Under the pieces are notes generated by a model. It did not search any database. It worked only from the letters and a program-made list of their open reading frames with translations, and was not told the DNA's origin. This document shows, piece by piece, positions 49,666 to 59,137 of a stretch of DNA of 64,000 nt. How positions within the stretch are numbered: position 1 is the first letter of the stretch; each line of letters starts with the position of its first letter. Source of the DNA: Polyangiales bacterium (GTDB lineage Bacteria > Myxococcota_A > Polyangia > Polyangiales > Polyangiaceae); contig JBBRNJ010000040.1 in the NCBI GenBank assembly GCA_038230375.1, forward strand, positions 13,167 to 77,166, written 5' to 3'. A program made the translations under genes and the position numbers.

Positions 49666-49695
49666 CAATGCTTTTCACAACGTTTTCAATAAATC
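49666..49695. promoter_or_regulatory. AT-rich candidate regulator site in the divergent promoter of the TBDR
   Basis: AATGCTTTTCACAACGTTTTCAATAAAT: TTTTCA repeated 11 bp apart. Confidence 0.3.
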
Positions 49696-49764
49696 GTTCT
49701 GATGTTGCAGCCTGGGCCGCTGCTGGTGGCGTTCATTCCCTGCGCGGCGCGGTAGACTGGCTCG

Positions 49765-50961
49765 ATGGTGTCGTGGCATCGAAACGTCGGGATCGCGGGC
49801 GCGCTCGCCGCGATGGTCACCGCGTGCACCCTGTACGACTCGGGTCTCCTCTTGCCGGCGTCCACCACGTCGGACGGAGGCTCCGATGGCGGCATGCCAG
49901 CAGCGGTCACCGACGGCGCCGCCCCGATAGATGCAGGATGCATGCATGCGAGCGCGCCGTCGCCGCCTGCGAAGGATGATCCCTCCGCCGCGCCGGAGCG
50001 GGACTTCGTCGTTGCGGCAAGCTACTTCAGGGTGGTCAACGGCGCGACGGCGACTCTTCCACCGTCGCCCACTGGCCTCGACCTTGACAACACCTGTACC
50101 TGCCCAGGCGCGCCGACCTGCACGGGGACGAGCTCCAAGGCCACGTGCGATCTGGATGGCGGCGCGGACGACAACGGCGGCATCTTCTTCGCGGAGTACG
50201 CCCTGCTCGACCCGGCGGGCTTCAGCGACATGGGGCTCAGCACGGCAGTGACCACCGGCGCGAACGGCCTCCTCTACCGCGTGAAGAACTACAACGGACA
50301 GCCCAACGACACACAGGTCACGGTGATCGCATATGAGTCGTCCGGCATCCACGACAACGATGGCGGCGTGCTCACGCCCGTGCTCGACGGCACCGACGTG
50401 TGGACCATCGCGCCCAATTCCCTGCTCGGCGGCGACAGCGTGGACGGCGGCGCATCGTGCGAGGGCAATGACTCGGTCTGCATCCCGACGTTCTTCGACA
50501 CGAAGGCCTACGTCGTGAACGGCACGCTGGTAGCGCACCTCGACCACCCGTTCTTCGTGGGCTACCTGGTCTCGCGCATCCAGGTGCTGCTCTCCGGCTC
50601 GGTGCTCGTGGCGCCGCTGCTCCCCAGCGGCCCGAGCTTTCGCATCGACGACGGCCGCATCTCTGGCCGCTGGAGCACGACGAAGTTCCTCTCCGCGTTG
50701 CAAAGCGTCAGCGATCCGCTGCAAGGCACGGGACCCAACGGCCTCTGCGGCGACTCCGGCACCTACGCAAATATCAAGTCAGGCGTCTGCGCCATCGCGG
50801 ACGTCATGACGGACCCGAGCAAGGACAACAAGAACGCAGCGTGTGATGCGTTCTCGATGCAGGTCACCTTCACCGCGGCACCAGCACACCTCGGCGCGGT
50901 CGCTGCGCCGGGAAAGCTACGCACCCCGTGCGGCGCCACGTACGAAGACCAGTGTCCGTGA
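49765..50961 (+). CDS. Cys-containing lipoprotein
   Basis: Lipobox VTAC; GLDLDNTCTC motif. Confidence 0.85.
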   Translation: MVSWHRNVGIAGALAAMVTACTLYDSGLLLPASTTSDGGSDGGMPAAVTDGAAPIDAGCMHASAPSPPAKDDPSAAPERDFVVAASYFRVVNGATATLPPSPTGLDLDNTCTCPGAPTCTGTSSKATCDLDGGADDNGGIFFAEYALLDPAGFSDMGLSTAVTTGANGLLYRVKNYNGQPNDTQVTVIAYESSGIHDNDGGVLTPVLDGTDVWTIAPNSLLGGDSVDGGASCEGNDSVCIPTFFDTKAYVVNGTLVAHLDHPFFVGYLVSRIQVLLSGSVLVAPLLPSGPSFRIDDGRISGRWSTTKFLSALQSVSDPLQGTGPNGLCGDSGTYANIKSGVCAIADVMTDPSKDNKNAACDAFSMQVTFTAAPAHLGAVAAPGKLRTPCGATYEDQCP

Positions 50962-50962
50962 G

Positions 50963-51178
50963 CTACTTCTTCTTCGCCTGGAGCGCCTTCACCGCGCGAT
51001 CGAGCGCCTCGGCGACGTCGGTCTGGACGCCTTCGCCGCGCGCCCACTGATCTGCCTTGAGCAGGGTGGTGGAGGCAGTGGTGGCGAGCCTGGTGCGCCG
51101 CCCACGGGCGAGATTGGAGAAGAAGGCTTGACCGTCGTTCGGGGTCGGACGGAGCGAAGGCTGAAGAAATCCGCGCAT
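50963..51178 (-). CDS. Possible small protein or gene remnant
   Basis: AAGGA before ATG; only the 3' half has typical codon bias. Confidence 0.35.
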   Translation of the reverse strand: MRGFLQPSLRPTPNDGQAFFSNLARGRRTRLATTASTTLLKADQWARGEGVQTDVAEALDRAVKALQAKKK

Positions 51179-51246
51179 TTTCCAGTTCCTTGTGGAGAGG
51201 GACCGCTCTCTCTAGCCCTTCCGAAGCCAAATGAGAAGCCTTCCCG

Positions 51247-54200
51247 CTACGTGGTCCAGGTGGACCCGACGCGGCGCCGGAGGGCTGTGGCTTCGGCGGC
51301 CAGCGCGAAGTGGGCGACGTCGCCTGCGAATGGATGGTCCAGGACGGCTCCGAGCGCGCCACGGCCCGGGGTCTCGGTGGCGGTCATGAGTGGCGGGTCG
51401 AGCGCGCGTAGCTCGTCGATGGTCGCGAGCAGATCGCCCGTGAGGAGGTACGCCGCACGGAGCTCCGCCTTCGCCAGGATGCTGAGCATCGCGTCGCCCG
51501 AGATGGGGCGCGCGTCCTTTCCGGTGAGCATGGGAACGAGCTTCTCGAGCGCCTGCTTCTGCTTGCGCGAGAGCTCGCGTGCGACGGCGCCTTCGTACTG
51601 CGCGACCAGCTTCTGGTTCACGGTGTCCGAGTCGTTGCCGTAGGTCGGTACGACGACGCGCGCGGCGGCCACGAGCAGCGCGGAGATGTGTGCGGGCGGG
51701 AGCTCCTCGAGCCACGGGACCGCGAGCGCGACCCGAGAGAGCGCGCGCGCCACGGCGGCCAGCTGCGTGGGCTCGGGGAGGTCAGCGACGGTCTTCGGGA
51801 GCACGAGCCAGAGATCGTCCTGCACCAGGATGCGCGCGCGCTTGGCGCGTTCGCTGATGACGAGCTCGATGTCGGAGAGCCCGAGCGCCTTCATCATGCG
51901 GTCCATCAGCACGCGGGTGGGGTGGCCGCTGCGCTTGCCAATGCGATCCTTCGACGTGATGCCAAGGTCACCGAGCTCGCTGCGGAGCGCGCGCAGTTCG
52001 AAGCCGAGGATCGCGCCCGCGACCTCGAACATGGGGTGACGGCCTTCCTCGCGGAGCACGTGCGAGAGCAGCGTGCTGCGGTCAAGGATGGCGTGCTGGG
52101 ACTCGAACGGCTTCAGGCGGCGCGCGCGGAGCCATTCGTGGCGACCCTCGTCGAGGGAGCCGTAGATGGCGCGCAGCTCCGAGATGACGATGGCCTCTTC
52201 GGCGCGACGCTCGGCGGAGAGCGAGCGCTCCCGGAGATCCAGCGCGGCGCCCGGATCCGAGAGCGCGCGCAGCGGCTCGGAGGACGGGAACATCATGGGG
52301 ACGACCGTCTTCACGACGTCCTCGTTGGCGCCAAGGCGCGAGTACGACTGCGCGAGAAGGAAGCGCGTCTCGTGGAGGGCCGGCTGGATCAGGATGGCGC
52401 GCTTCAGGTGCTCGATGCCCTCGCGCGTGCGGGCGAGCGGTCCCACCTCGAGCGCACCGAGCGTGGCGAACCAACGCGCATCCTCCGTCTTGAACTCGCG
52501 CGCCTTGATGATGACGTTGGTGAGCGCGCGCGCGTGCCCCGTGGCGTCCGCCGATGCGCCCGAACGGAAGAGGCGCGCGAGACGTGAGAACGCCTTCGGA
52601 TGTGCGGGCGCGCAGGCGACGGCCTCCACGAGGGCCTTCTCTGCAGCCGTGGTGTCACGTACCTGGAGGCGGATCTCCGCGAGCTCCAGGAGGATGTCGG
52701 AGCGCACGGTCGGCGTGGTCTCCACGCCAGCAAGACGCTCGAGCAGCGAGGCGATCTCGAGGCGCGGGGTGAGCCGCTCTTGCTCGGACGCGCCACCATC
52801 GGCGAGCTGCGTGGACTTCTGCGCAAGGCGGTGCACGAGCGCACGGATGCCGCGTGCGTTCTTCGGATCGGTCTCGAGCGCCTTGCGGAGCGCGGCCTCG
52901 GCAAGGTCCGGCTGTGCAAGCACCTTGTCGTAGATGCTTGCGAGCGCGAAGAGCGCGGTGAGCTTCGGCGCGGGCTCCTTCGCTCGGCGGACGATGTCCT
53001 CGAGCACCTCGACCGACTCCGGCCACGCGCGCTGCGCGATGCAGAGCTCCGCCATGGTGAGGAGCGAGGGCACGTGATTGGGCGCCATCTCTCGCACGCG
53101 TCGCAGCGCCTCGATGCCGCTGACGAGGTCATCAAGGTCGTCGCGCGACACGCGGGCGATCTCGTTGCCGAGGAGGATCACGGCCTCCTCCGAGGTCGCG
53201 GTGGCGAGCGCGGCGCGGAACGTCTCGATCAGGCGCTCGCCCTCGTGACGCTGCATGCGCACCATGGCAAGGCGCTCTGCTGCGTGCACCAGGTTCGGGT
53301 TTGCGTCCAGCGCGCGCTCGAGCAGCTCTGCGGCGCGGCTTGCGCGCTCGTAGCCACCACCCAGGCGCTGATCTTCCGACGGACCAAGGAGCAGCTCCGC
53401 GGCGTCGAGCATGTAGCGCGCCGACGTGCGTGGATCTTGTGACAGCTCGGACAGGGATACCGCCGCCGCGACGGCGCCGGACGTGTCGGAGAAGCGGTTC
53501 GCGAGCCGGGCGAGGCCGGTGGCAGCGGTGAGGCTCATGGGGTCGAGCTCGAGCGCCAACCGGTACCGCTCCAGCGCCTCCTTCGCGAGCGACTGATCGC
53601 GGAGATCCTTCTCCTGGTACTCGAGCAGGAGCGCCAGGCGCAGCTCTACTGCGAGCGTGGACTCGTCGTCGTCGGCGAGCGCCGTCAGGGAGCGCAGCGC
53701 GGAGATCGCGATGCCGCGCGCCTTCGGGTCGCCCTTGCGCGTGGACATGAGCTCGCGCCGCATGGTCGCTTCCAGCGCACCCGCGTCCGTGGGGTCGAGC
53801 GAGAGGATGCGCGCGTAGGTCGCGCTCGGGTCGGAGCCGGGGAGCTTCCACTCCTCGAGCGCCGCGAGGTTCCAGAGGACGCCAAGGCGAGCGCGCACAT
53901 CCGCCTGGGACTCCGCCTGCCGACCGAGCGTCCGCGCAAGATCGGACCACGAGAACGAGCGACGTTCGAGCGCCTCGAGCGCCCGCCCAGCGCCGACGAG
54001 CAGCGGGTTCTCGGCCACGAGTGCCTCGGCCATCTCCGTTGCGCGTCCGAGATCCTTCTGCGCGAGCGACAGCATGAGCACGAGCGAGAGCTTGATGCGC
54101 GGTGCGGTGTCCGGGTTCCGGTCCACGTGCTCCGTGAAGTGACGGATGCGCTCGTCCAGGCCGGGTGAGCTGAAGAGCGTGGTGCCCGGCGTCCGGTTCA

Positions 54201-57200
54201 TGGACTCGCTCGCGCGCCGCGCAAGGAGGCGCGCGTAGCGCTCGAACGAGAACGCCGTCTCCGGCCCCTCGCGGAGCGCGCGTTCGTAGAGGCGCTCGGC
54301 CTCCGCGTCGTCCCCCAGCCGCAGCTCTGCGAGCTCCGCAGCGCGGACCAGCCAGTGCGCGCGCTCCTCGGGGACGATGCAGTCGTCCGCGAGCGCGACG
54401 TACGCGGCCACGAGCGCGGGATGATCACCCGCGGCGTCGAGCATGCGTGCGGTCTCGTCCGTGGGGACAGGATGGGCGGGATCGAGCAGGTGCGCGGACC
54501 GGAGCGAAGCGGCGGCCTTCACGGGCTCGCGCAGGCGTCCGCTCTGGATGTGCGCGAGCGTGACCCAGAGCGCAAAGCGCTCCTTGTCGTTCGGTGCGTT
54601 GTCGATGCGCGCCTCGAGCGAGCGTGCGACGAGCTCCCACCGGCCGGCCTCCTCGTGCAGGCGGGTCTCGAGTGCGCGCGCGGCGGGGTGCGCGGCGTCC
54701 TGCGCGAGCACGTCGTCCACGATCGCCATTGCGCGCGTCGCGTCTACACGTGCAAGGACCTGCGCCGCACGGGCGCGGAGCGAGAGAACGTCCGCGCCGT
54801 CTTCGCAGAGGCGAGCCTCGTCGAGCAGCGCGCGGGAGAGAGCGCGATCGTCGCCCAGGCGTCCGGCAGCGCGCGCAAGTCCGAGCACGGCGCCGCGGCG
54901 ATCGGGCTCGATGTCCAGGATCTCCTCGTAGGTGCGCTGCGCCCGCTTCGCGTCGCCCAGGACCTCTTCCCACAGCGTGGCGACCTTCTCCAAATACGCG
55001 ATGCGTCGACCTTGATCGCGGATCGCCTGCGCGGCGTGCGAGTACAGCTCTACGAGCCCGCGCACCTCGCGGTCCAGGCGCTCGGGCGGCGGCGGTGACA
55101 TGAGGCGCGAGAGCGAATCGGTGATCTCCGGATCGCCAGGCGAGGCGACAGCGGCCGCGCGAAGGTGGCGGATCGCCTCGTCGCGCTTGTGGAGGCGGCT
55201 CTCCGCGATCGTGGCGGCGCGCGTGAGTGCCTTCGCACGCTTCGTGCCCTCTTCGTGGCGCGTTGCCTCTGCGAGCCACATGGCGATGCGGTGCTCTTCG
55301 CGGCCGCGCTCCGCGAGCAGGCGATCGAGCTCCTCGAGCAGGAGCGGGTTCTCCACGTCGATCGAGAGCGCCTGCTCCAGATCAGAGATCGCGGTGTCCA
55401 GATCGCGGAGCTTCTCGGCGATGGCTGCGAGCAACCGGAGCTCGTAGGCCACTGTCGCGGGCTCCACGATGTGCGGGAGGCGGGCGCGGCGCGCGCGTGC
55501 GGCGTCGGAGAAGTGGCCGTGCGCCTCGTGCAGGCGGATGAGATGGTCAAGGACGAGCCGGTCGACGGCGCGCTCGGTGGGTGCCCGTCTGGCGGCGCGC
55601 TCCAGGAGGCCGATCGCGCGCGCCTCGTCGCCAAGGCGATGGCTGCAGATGGCGGCGGCGTCGAGCTCGAGCCGCGCTGCACGCACGGGATCGCGCTCGA
55701 GGGAGGCCTCCTCGTCCAGGGAGATCGCAAGCGCGGAGAAGTCACCTTGTGCGGAGAGGAACCGCGTCCACGCGTCGCGCACGGGGCCCACGCCTGGATC
55801 GAGGTGGAGCGCGCGTTCCAGGGCACCCTTCGCCTCTTCGGGTTTTCCAAGGCGGAAATCCAGGATGAGCGCGCGCTCGACCAGCAGCCACGCCGCGAGA
55901 TCGCGCTGCGCGAGATATGCGTCCGCCATCTTCGCAAGATGGTCAGCCAGCTGCATGAGCTCGCCTTCGCCGCCGTCGTGCGCGCGGTTGACGAGCTCGG
56001 CCTCGAACCCCTTCAGGGCAGCCGCATGGTGCGGCACGCGGGCAAGCGCGTGCTCCCACGCGTCGCGGACCTTGTAGATGTCGTCGCCCATCGCGTCGAG
56101 GAGGCGCGCGCGCTCCACGAAAAGCTCCGCGCTGCGTGCGTCGGTGGTGCTGCACTCGAGCTCGTGATCAAGGTGCGCGAGCATGTTGCTCAGCGCGGAG
56201 CGACCGTGCATGCGCCGCCGGAGGATCCCGTGTGCAACGGCGTGCTCCTCGTTCACGCGGAGCGCGGCCTCTGCGTGGGACGTCGCGCGGCTGTCGTCGC
56301 CGAAGGTCTCCGCGACGAGCGACATCTCGATGTGCGCGCGGCACAAACCGATCGGGTCTTCGCTCTCCTCGAGCACGGCGATGCGCGTGGACAGGAGCTC
56401 GAGGAGGTTGGTGATCTCCTCGGGCGGCGCCGCGTTGAATTCGCGCCGCTGTGGAGGCGGCATGCGCGATGGGCGGTCCGACGGAACGGCCGTTGGGATG
56501 GGCAGGACGGCGTGCGGGCGCGCGCTGCTCACGCCTCCGGTCACGCCGTGCATCGTCGGGGGGGGCGCCGGGCTGGCTGCGGGGACCGGTACTGCGACGA
56601 CCGTGGCGGGGAGCGGCGGCGGCTTGGGTATCGCGATGTCGACGCTCACGGACGGCGCGCTGTCAGAGGCGCGCGCAGACGCGGGCCCGGCTGGCAATGC
56701 GGGCGATCCTGGCACGCCGGGCGGTACCGCCATCGAAGGGGGAAGCGGTGGCGGTCCTTTGGAGGGCCGGCCGGACGGCGGAAGCGGCGGCGGCGCCTTC
56801 GATGCGCGGGTGGGGAGAGGCGGCGGCAGGCTCTCCGGCTTCGACGCGCCCGATGCTGGACCGAGCGTCCCATCCTTGTCGCTGGGCTTCAGGTCGGCAG
56901 GCTTGAACTCGCTCTTCGGCGCGGAGCTATTGGGTACCGCCGCTGCGGCGGCGTCCTTGTTGCTGTCCCTGTCCTTGTCGACTGCGTAGAGCGGCGGGGC
57001 CTTGCTCCGCGCCGCCTCCGTCGGAAGTGGCGGGGGCTTCGGTGGTGCCTTGACCGGGCCGATCTCGAACGGGGTCGGCATGGCCACAGCAGGCGTGCGG
57101 AAGGGCCCGGAGGGGCGATTTCCGCCTCCAGCCGCTTCCTTGAGGGACTTCACCTGCCCCTCGATGTCCCAGTTCTCACCGGTCATCGCGAGGAGTTTGT

Positions 57201-57354
57201 CGACGGAAGTCGCGGACTCGACCTCGAACTCGACGTCCTCCGATAGCTCGTCGATGTCGATCGACGACGGCATCGGCTTGGGGGCGGGGCCGGCGGGGAG
57301 TGCAGCGCCCTCGACCCCTTTTTGCGCGCCCTTCTGCGCGCCCTTATCCGCCAT
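51247..57354 (-). CDS. Giant TPR-repeat protein (~2035 aa) with Pro-rich N-terminus
   Basis: Many TPR units (ALHLDP, ILDIEP, ALELDP); PPPLP repeats; SD GAGGGA. Confidence 0.9.
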   Translation of the reverse strand: MADKGAQKGAQKGVEGAALPAGPAPKPMPSSIDIDELSEDVEFEVESATSVDKLLAMTGENWDIEGQVKSLKEAAGGGNRPSGPFRTPAVAMPTPFEIGPVKAPPKPPPLPTEAARSKAPPLYAVDKDRDSNKDAAAAAVPNSSAPKSEFKPADLKPSDKDGTLGPASGASKPESLPPPLPTRASKAPPPLPPSGRPSKGPPPLPPSMAVPPGVPGSPALPAGPASARASDSAPSVSVDIAIPKPPPLPATVVAVPVPAASPAPPPTMHGVTGGVSSARPHAVLPIPTAVPSDRPSRMPPPQRREFNAAPPEEITNLLELLSTRIAVLEESEDPIGLCRAHIEMSLVAETFGDDSRATSHAEAALRVNEEHAVAHGILRRRMHGRSALSNMLAHLDHELECSTTDARSAELFVERARLLDAMGDDIYKVRDAWEHALARVPHHAAALKGFEAELVNRAHDGGEGELMQLADHLAKMADAYLAQRDLAAWLLVERALILDFRLGKPEEAKGALERALHLDPGVGPVRDAWTRFLSAQGDFSALAISLDEEASLERDPVRAARLELDAAAICSHRLGDEARAIGLLERAARRAPTERAVDRLVLDHLIRLHEAHGHFSDAARARRARLPHIVEPATVAYELRLLAAIAEKLRDLDTAISDLEQALSIDVENPLLLEELDRLLAERGREEHRIAMWLAEATRHEEGTKRAKALTRAATIAESRLHKRDEAIRHLRAAAVASPGDPEITDSLSRLMSPPPPERLDREVRGLVELYSHAAQAIRDQGRRIAYLEKVATLWEEVLGDAKRAQRTYEEILDIEPDRRGAVLGLARAAGRLGDDRALSRALLDEARLCEDGADVLSLRARAAQVLARVDATRAMAIVDDVLAQDAAHPAARALETRLHEEAGRWELVARSLEARIDNAPNDKERFALWVTLAHIQSGRLREPVKAAASLRSAHLLDPAHPVPTDETARMLDAAGDHPALVAAYVALADDCIVPEERAHWLVRAAELAELRLGDDAEAERLYERALREGPETAFSFERYARLLARRASESMNRTPGTTLFSSPGLDERIRHFTEHVDRNPDTAPRIKLSLVLMLSLAQKDLGRATEMAEALVAENPLLVGAGRALEALERRSFSWSDLARTLGRQAESQADVRARLGVLWNLAALEEWKLPGSDPSATYARILSLDPTDAGALEATMRRELMSTRKGDPKARGIAISALRSLTALADDDESTLAVELRLALLLEYQEKDLRDQSLAKEALERYRLALELDPMSLTAATGLARLANRFSDTSGAVAAAVSLSELSQDPRTSARYMLDAAELLLGPSEDQRLGGGYERASRAAELLERALDANPNLVHAAERLAMVRMQRHEGERLIETFRAALATATSEEAVILLGNEIARVSRDDLDDLVSGIEALRRVREMAPNHVPSLLTMAELCIAQRAWPESVEVLEDIVRRAKEPAPKLTALFALASIYDKVLAQPDLAEAALRKALETDPKNARGIRALVHRLAQKSTQLADGGASEQERLTPRLEIASLLERLAGVETTPTVRSDILLELAEIRLQVRDTTAAEKALVEAVACAPAHPKAFSRLARLFRSGASADATGHARALTNVIIKAREFKTEDARWFATLGALEVGPLARTREGIEHLKRAILIQPALHETRFLLAQSYSRLGANEDVVKTVVPMMFPSSEPLRALSDPGAALDLRERSLSAERRAEEAIVISELRAIYGSLDEGRHEWLRARRLKPFESQHAILDRSTLLSHVLREEGRHPMFEVAGAILGFELRALRSELGDLGITSKDRIGKRSGHPTRVLMDRMMKALGLSDIELVISERAKRARILVQDDLWLVLPKTVADLPEPTQLAAVARALSRVALAVPWLEELPPAHISALLVAAARVVVPTYGNDSDTVNQKLVAQYEGAVARELSRKQKQALEKLVPMLTGKDARPISGDAMLSILAKAELRAAYLLTGDLLATIDELRALDPPLMTATETPGRGALGAVLDHPFAGDVAHFALAAEATALRRRVGSTWTT

Positions 57355-57530
57355 GGTTGTCCCTCGTTGCTGAGATCCTCGCATATCGCTGGGGCCCTGT
57401 CTCCACTTGTCTCGGTCAGCCCCGGAGAGGGCGCGGAGAGGGGGGGCGGCCTTCACTCGTTTGTCCCCTGCGCCGTCTCCGTGTAGGGGTTAAGAAGGGG
57501 CCTCCCGATCTTCCTCGTCCCCCGCACTTC

Positions 57531-59111
57531 ATGCCGCTCAATGACGACGCGCTGCTTCGTGGGCTCTTCGACCACGCCTCCGTAGGGATGGCGTTCGTCG
57601 GGCTCGATGGCCGCTGGGCCACCGTGAACCGCGCGATGTGCAAGCTGACTGGCTACCAGGAGCGCGAGCTCCACGGTCAGCACTTCCAGTCGATCACACA
57701 CCCAGACGATCGCTACAAGGACGCGAGCTTCGTCGAGAAGCTGCTCGCCGGCGAGACCGATGGCTACCGCGTGGAGAAGCGCTACGTCCACAAGGACGGG
57801 CATGTCGTCTGGGCAGAGGTCGCCGCGTCGCGACTACGCTCGAAGACGCGCGATATGTTCCTGTTCGTCAGCCAGGACATCGGCAGTCGCAAGGAGATGG
57901 AGCAGGCGTTCCAGCACTCGGAGGAGAGCTTTCGCGTCCTCATCGAAGGCGCACCGGACTCCATCTGCGTGCACGTGGGCGGAGTGATCCGCTACGTGAA
58001 CCCCGCGTTCGGCCGGCTGCTCGGCGGTCGCCGTCCCGAAGAGCTCGTGGGAGAGACGGTGGCGGAGCTCCTGCCCATGGGCGAGCGACTGCGGCTCGGC
58101 GGTGTGGCGAGCGGCAAGGGCGACGAGCGCCGCACCTACGACGCGCACTTCCTTCGCCGGGACGGGAGCGTCGTGCCGTGCGAGGTGTCGGAGCTGCCGG
58201 TGGTGCGCGCGCGCGAGGCCTCCAGCGTCATGTTCCTGCGCGACCTGTCGGCGCGTGAGGCGAGCTTCCGCAAGCTGCTCCGAGCCGATCGCCTGGCTGC
58301 GATGGGGACGCTCGCTGCCGGCATCGCTCACGAGATCAACAACCCGCTCGCGCTCGTGGTCGCGAACCTGGAGCTCGCGCTGGAGGCGCTCGGCTCACCG
58401 CGCCAGGGCATGTCGAACGAGGAGCTCAAGGAGGTCCTGAGCGAAGCACGCGAGGGCGCTCTGCGCGTGAGCGGCGTGGTGCGGAACATGCGTCAGCTCG
58501 GCACGATAGAGTCGGGCAGCAGCGAGTCTTCGCCGGTCGTCGTCGCGAGCGCGCTGGACTCCGTGCTGCGGTTGATGTGGAACCAGCTGAAGCACCGAGC
58601 GTCGCTCACGAAGGACGTGGATGCGGTGGTACAGGTGCGCGCCCGCTCCGAGGAGCTCGAGCAGCTCTTCCTGAACCTGCTCCTCTACGCGGGCCGCTCG
58701 CTCCCGGGCGACACGTCGCTGGTCGCGCTCGGCGTACGCGTCGAGAGCTCGGGCGGAAACGTGGTGATCGAGGTCACCGACAACCATCCGCCGCTGTCCG
58801 ACGAGCAGCGCGAGCACCTCTTCGATCCGTTCTATTCCTCTCCGGGCGGAGGTGGCATCGGGGGTGAAGGTGGCCTGGGGCTAGCGGTGAGCCACGGTCT
58901 GGTCGAGCAGATGAACGGCGAGATCGTAGCGGGGAGCTCTCTTGGCGGAAACGTGTTCCGCGTCACGCTTCCAGCGATCGATGCAAGAACAGAGTCGATC
59001 GCGTCGAGCGTCCCACCCTCACTACGTCCAAGGCCGGGCCAACGAGTCCGGGTCCCAGGCCGGAGAGCCCCGAGCCGCAAGCTCCACCCCGCGGAGAAAA
59101 AGAAGCGCTGA
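57531..59111 (+). CDS. PAS-PAS sensor histidine kinase with degenerate HATPase motifs
   Basis: Two PAS domains (ITHPDD); H-box AHEINNPL; LFDPFYS; GLGL. Confidence 0.88.
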   Translation: MPLNDDALLRGLFDHASVGMAFVGLDGRWATVNRAMCKLTGYQERELHGQHFQSITHPDDRYKDASFVEKLLAGETDGYRVEKRYVHKDGHVVWAEVAASRLRSKTRDMFLFVSQDIGSRKEMEQAFQHSEESFRVLIEGAPDSICVHVGGVIRYVNPAFGRLLGGRRPEELVGETVAELLPMGERLRLGGVASGKGDERRTYDAHFLRRDGSVVPCEVSELPVVRAREASSVMFLRDLSAREASFRKLLRADRLAAMGTLAAGIAHEINNPLALVVANLELALEALGSPRQGMSNEELKEVLSEAREGALRVSGVVRNMRQLGTIESGSSESSPVVVASALDSVLRLMWNQLKHRASLTKDVDAVVQVRARSEELEQLFLNLLLYAGRSLPGDTSLVALGVRVESSGGNVVIEVTDNHPPLSDEQREHLFDPFYSSPGGGGIGGEGGLGLAVSHGLVEQMNGEIVAGSSLGGNVFRVTLPAIDARTESIASSVPPSLRPRPGQRVRVPGRRAPSRKLHPAEKKKR

Positions 59112-59137
59112 TAGCGCTGATATGCAGCGGTCCCGAG

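Noticed and set aside
49549..49764. Cobalamin or TPP riboswitch before the TBDR
   Set aside because: Could not find B12-box or TPP core motifs in the right arrangement
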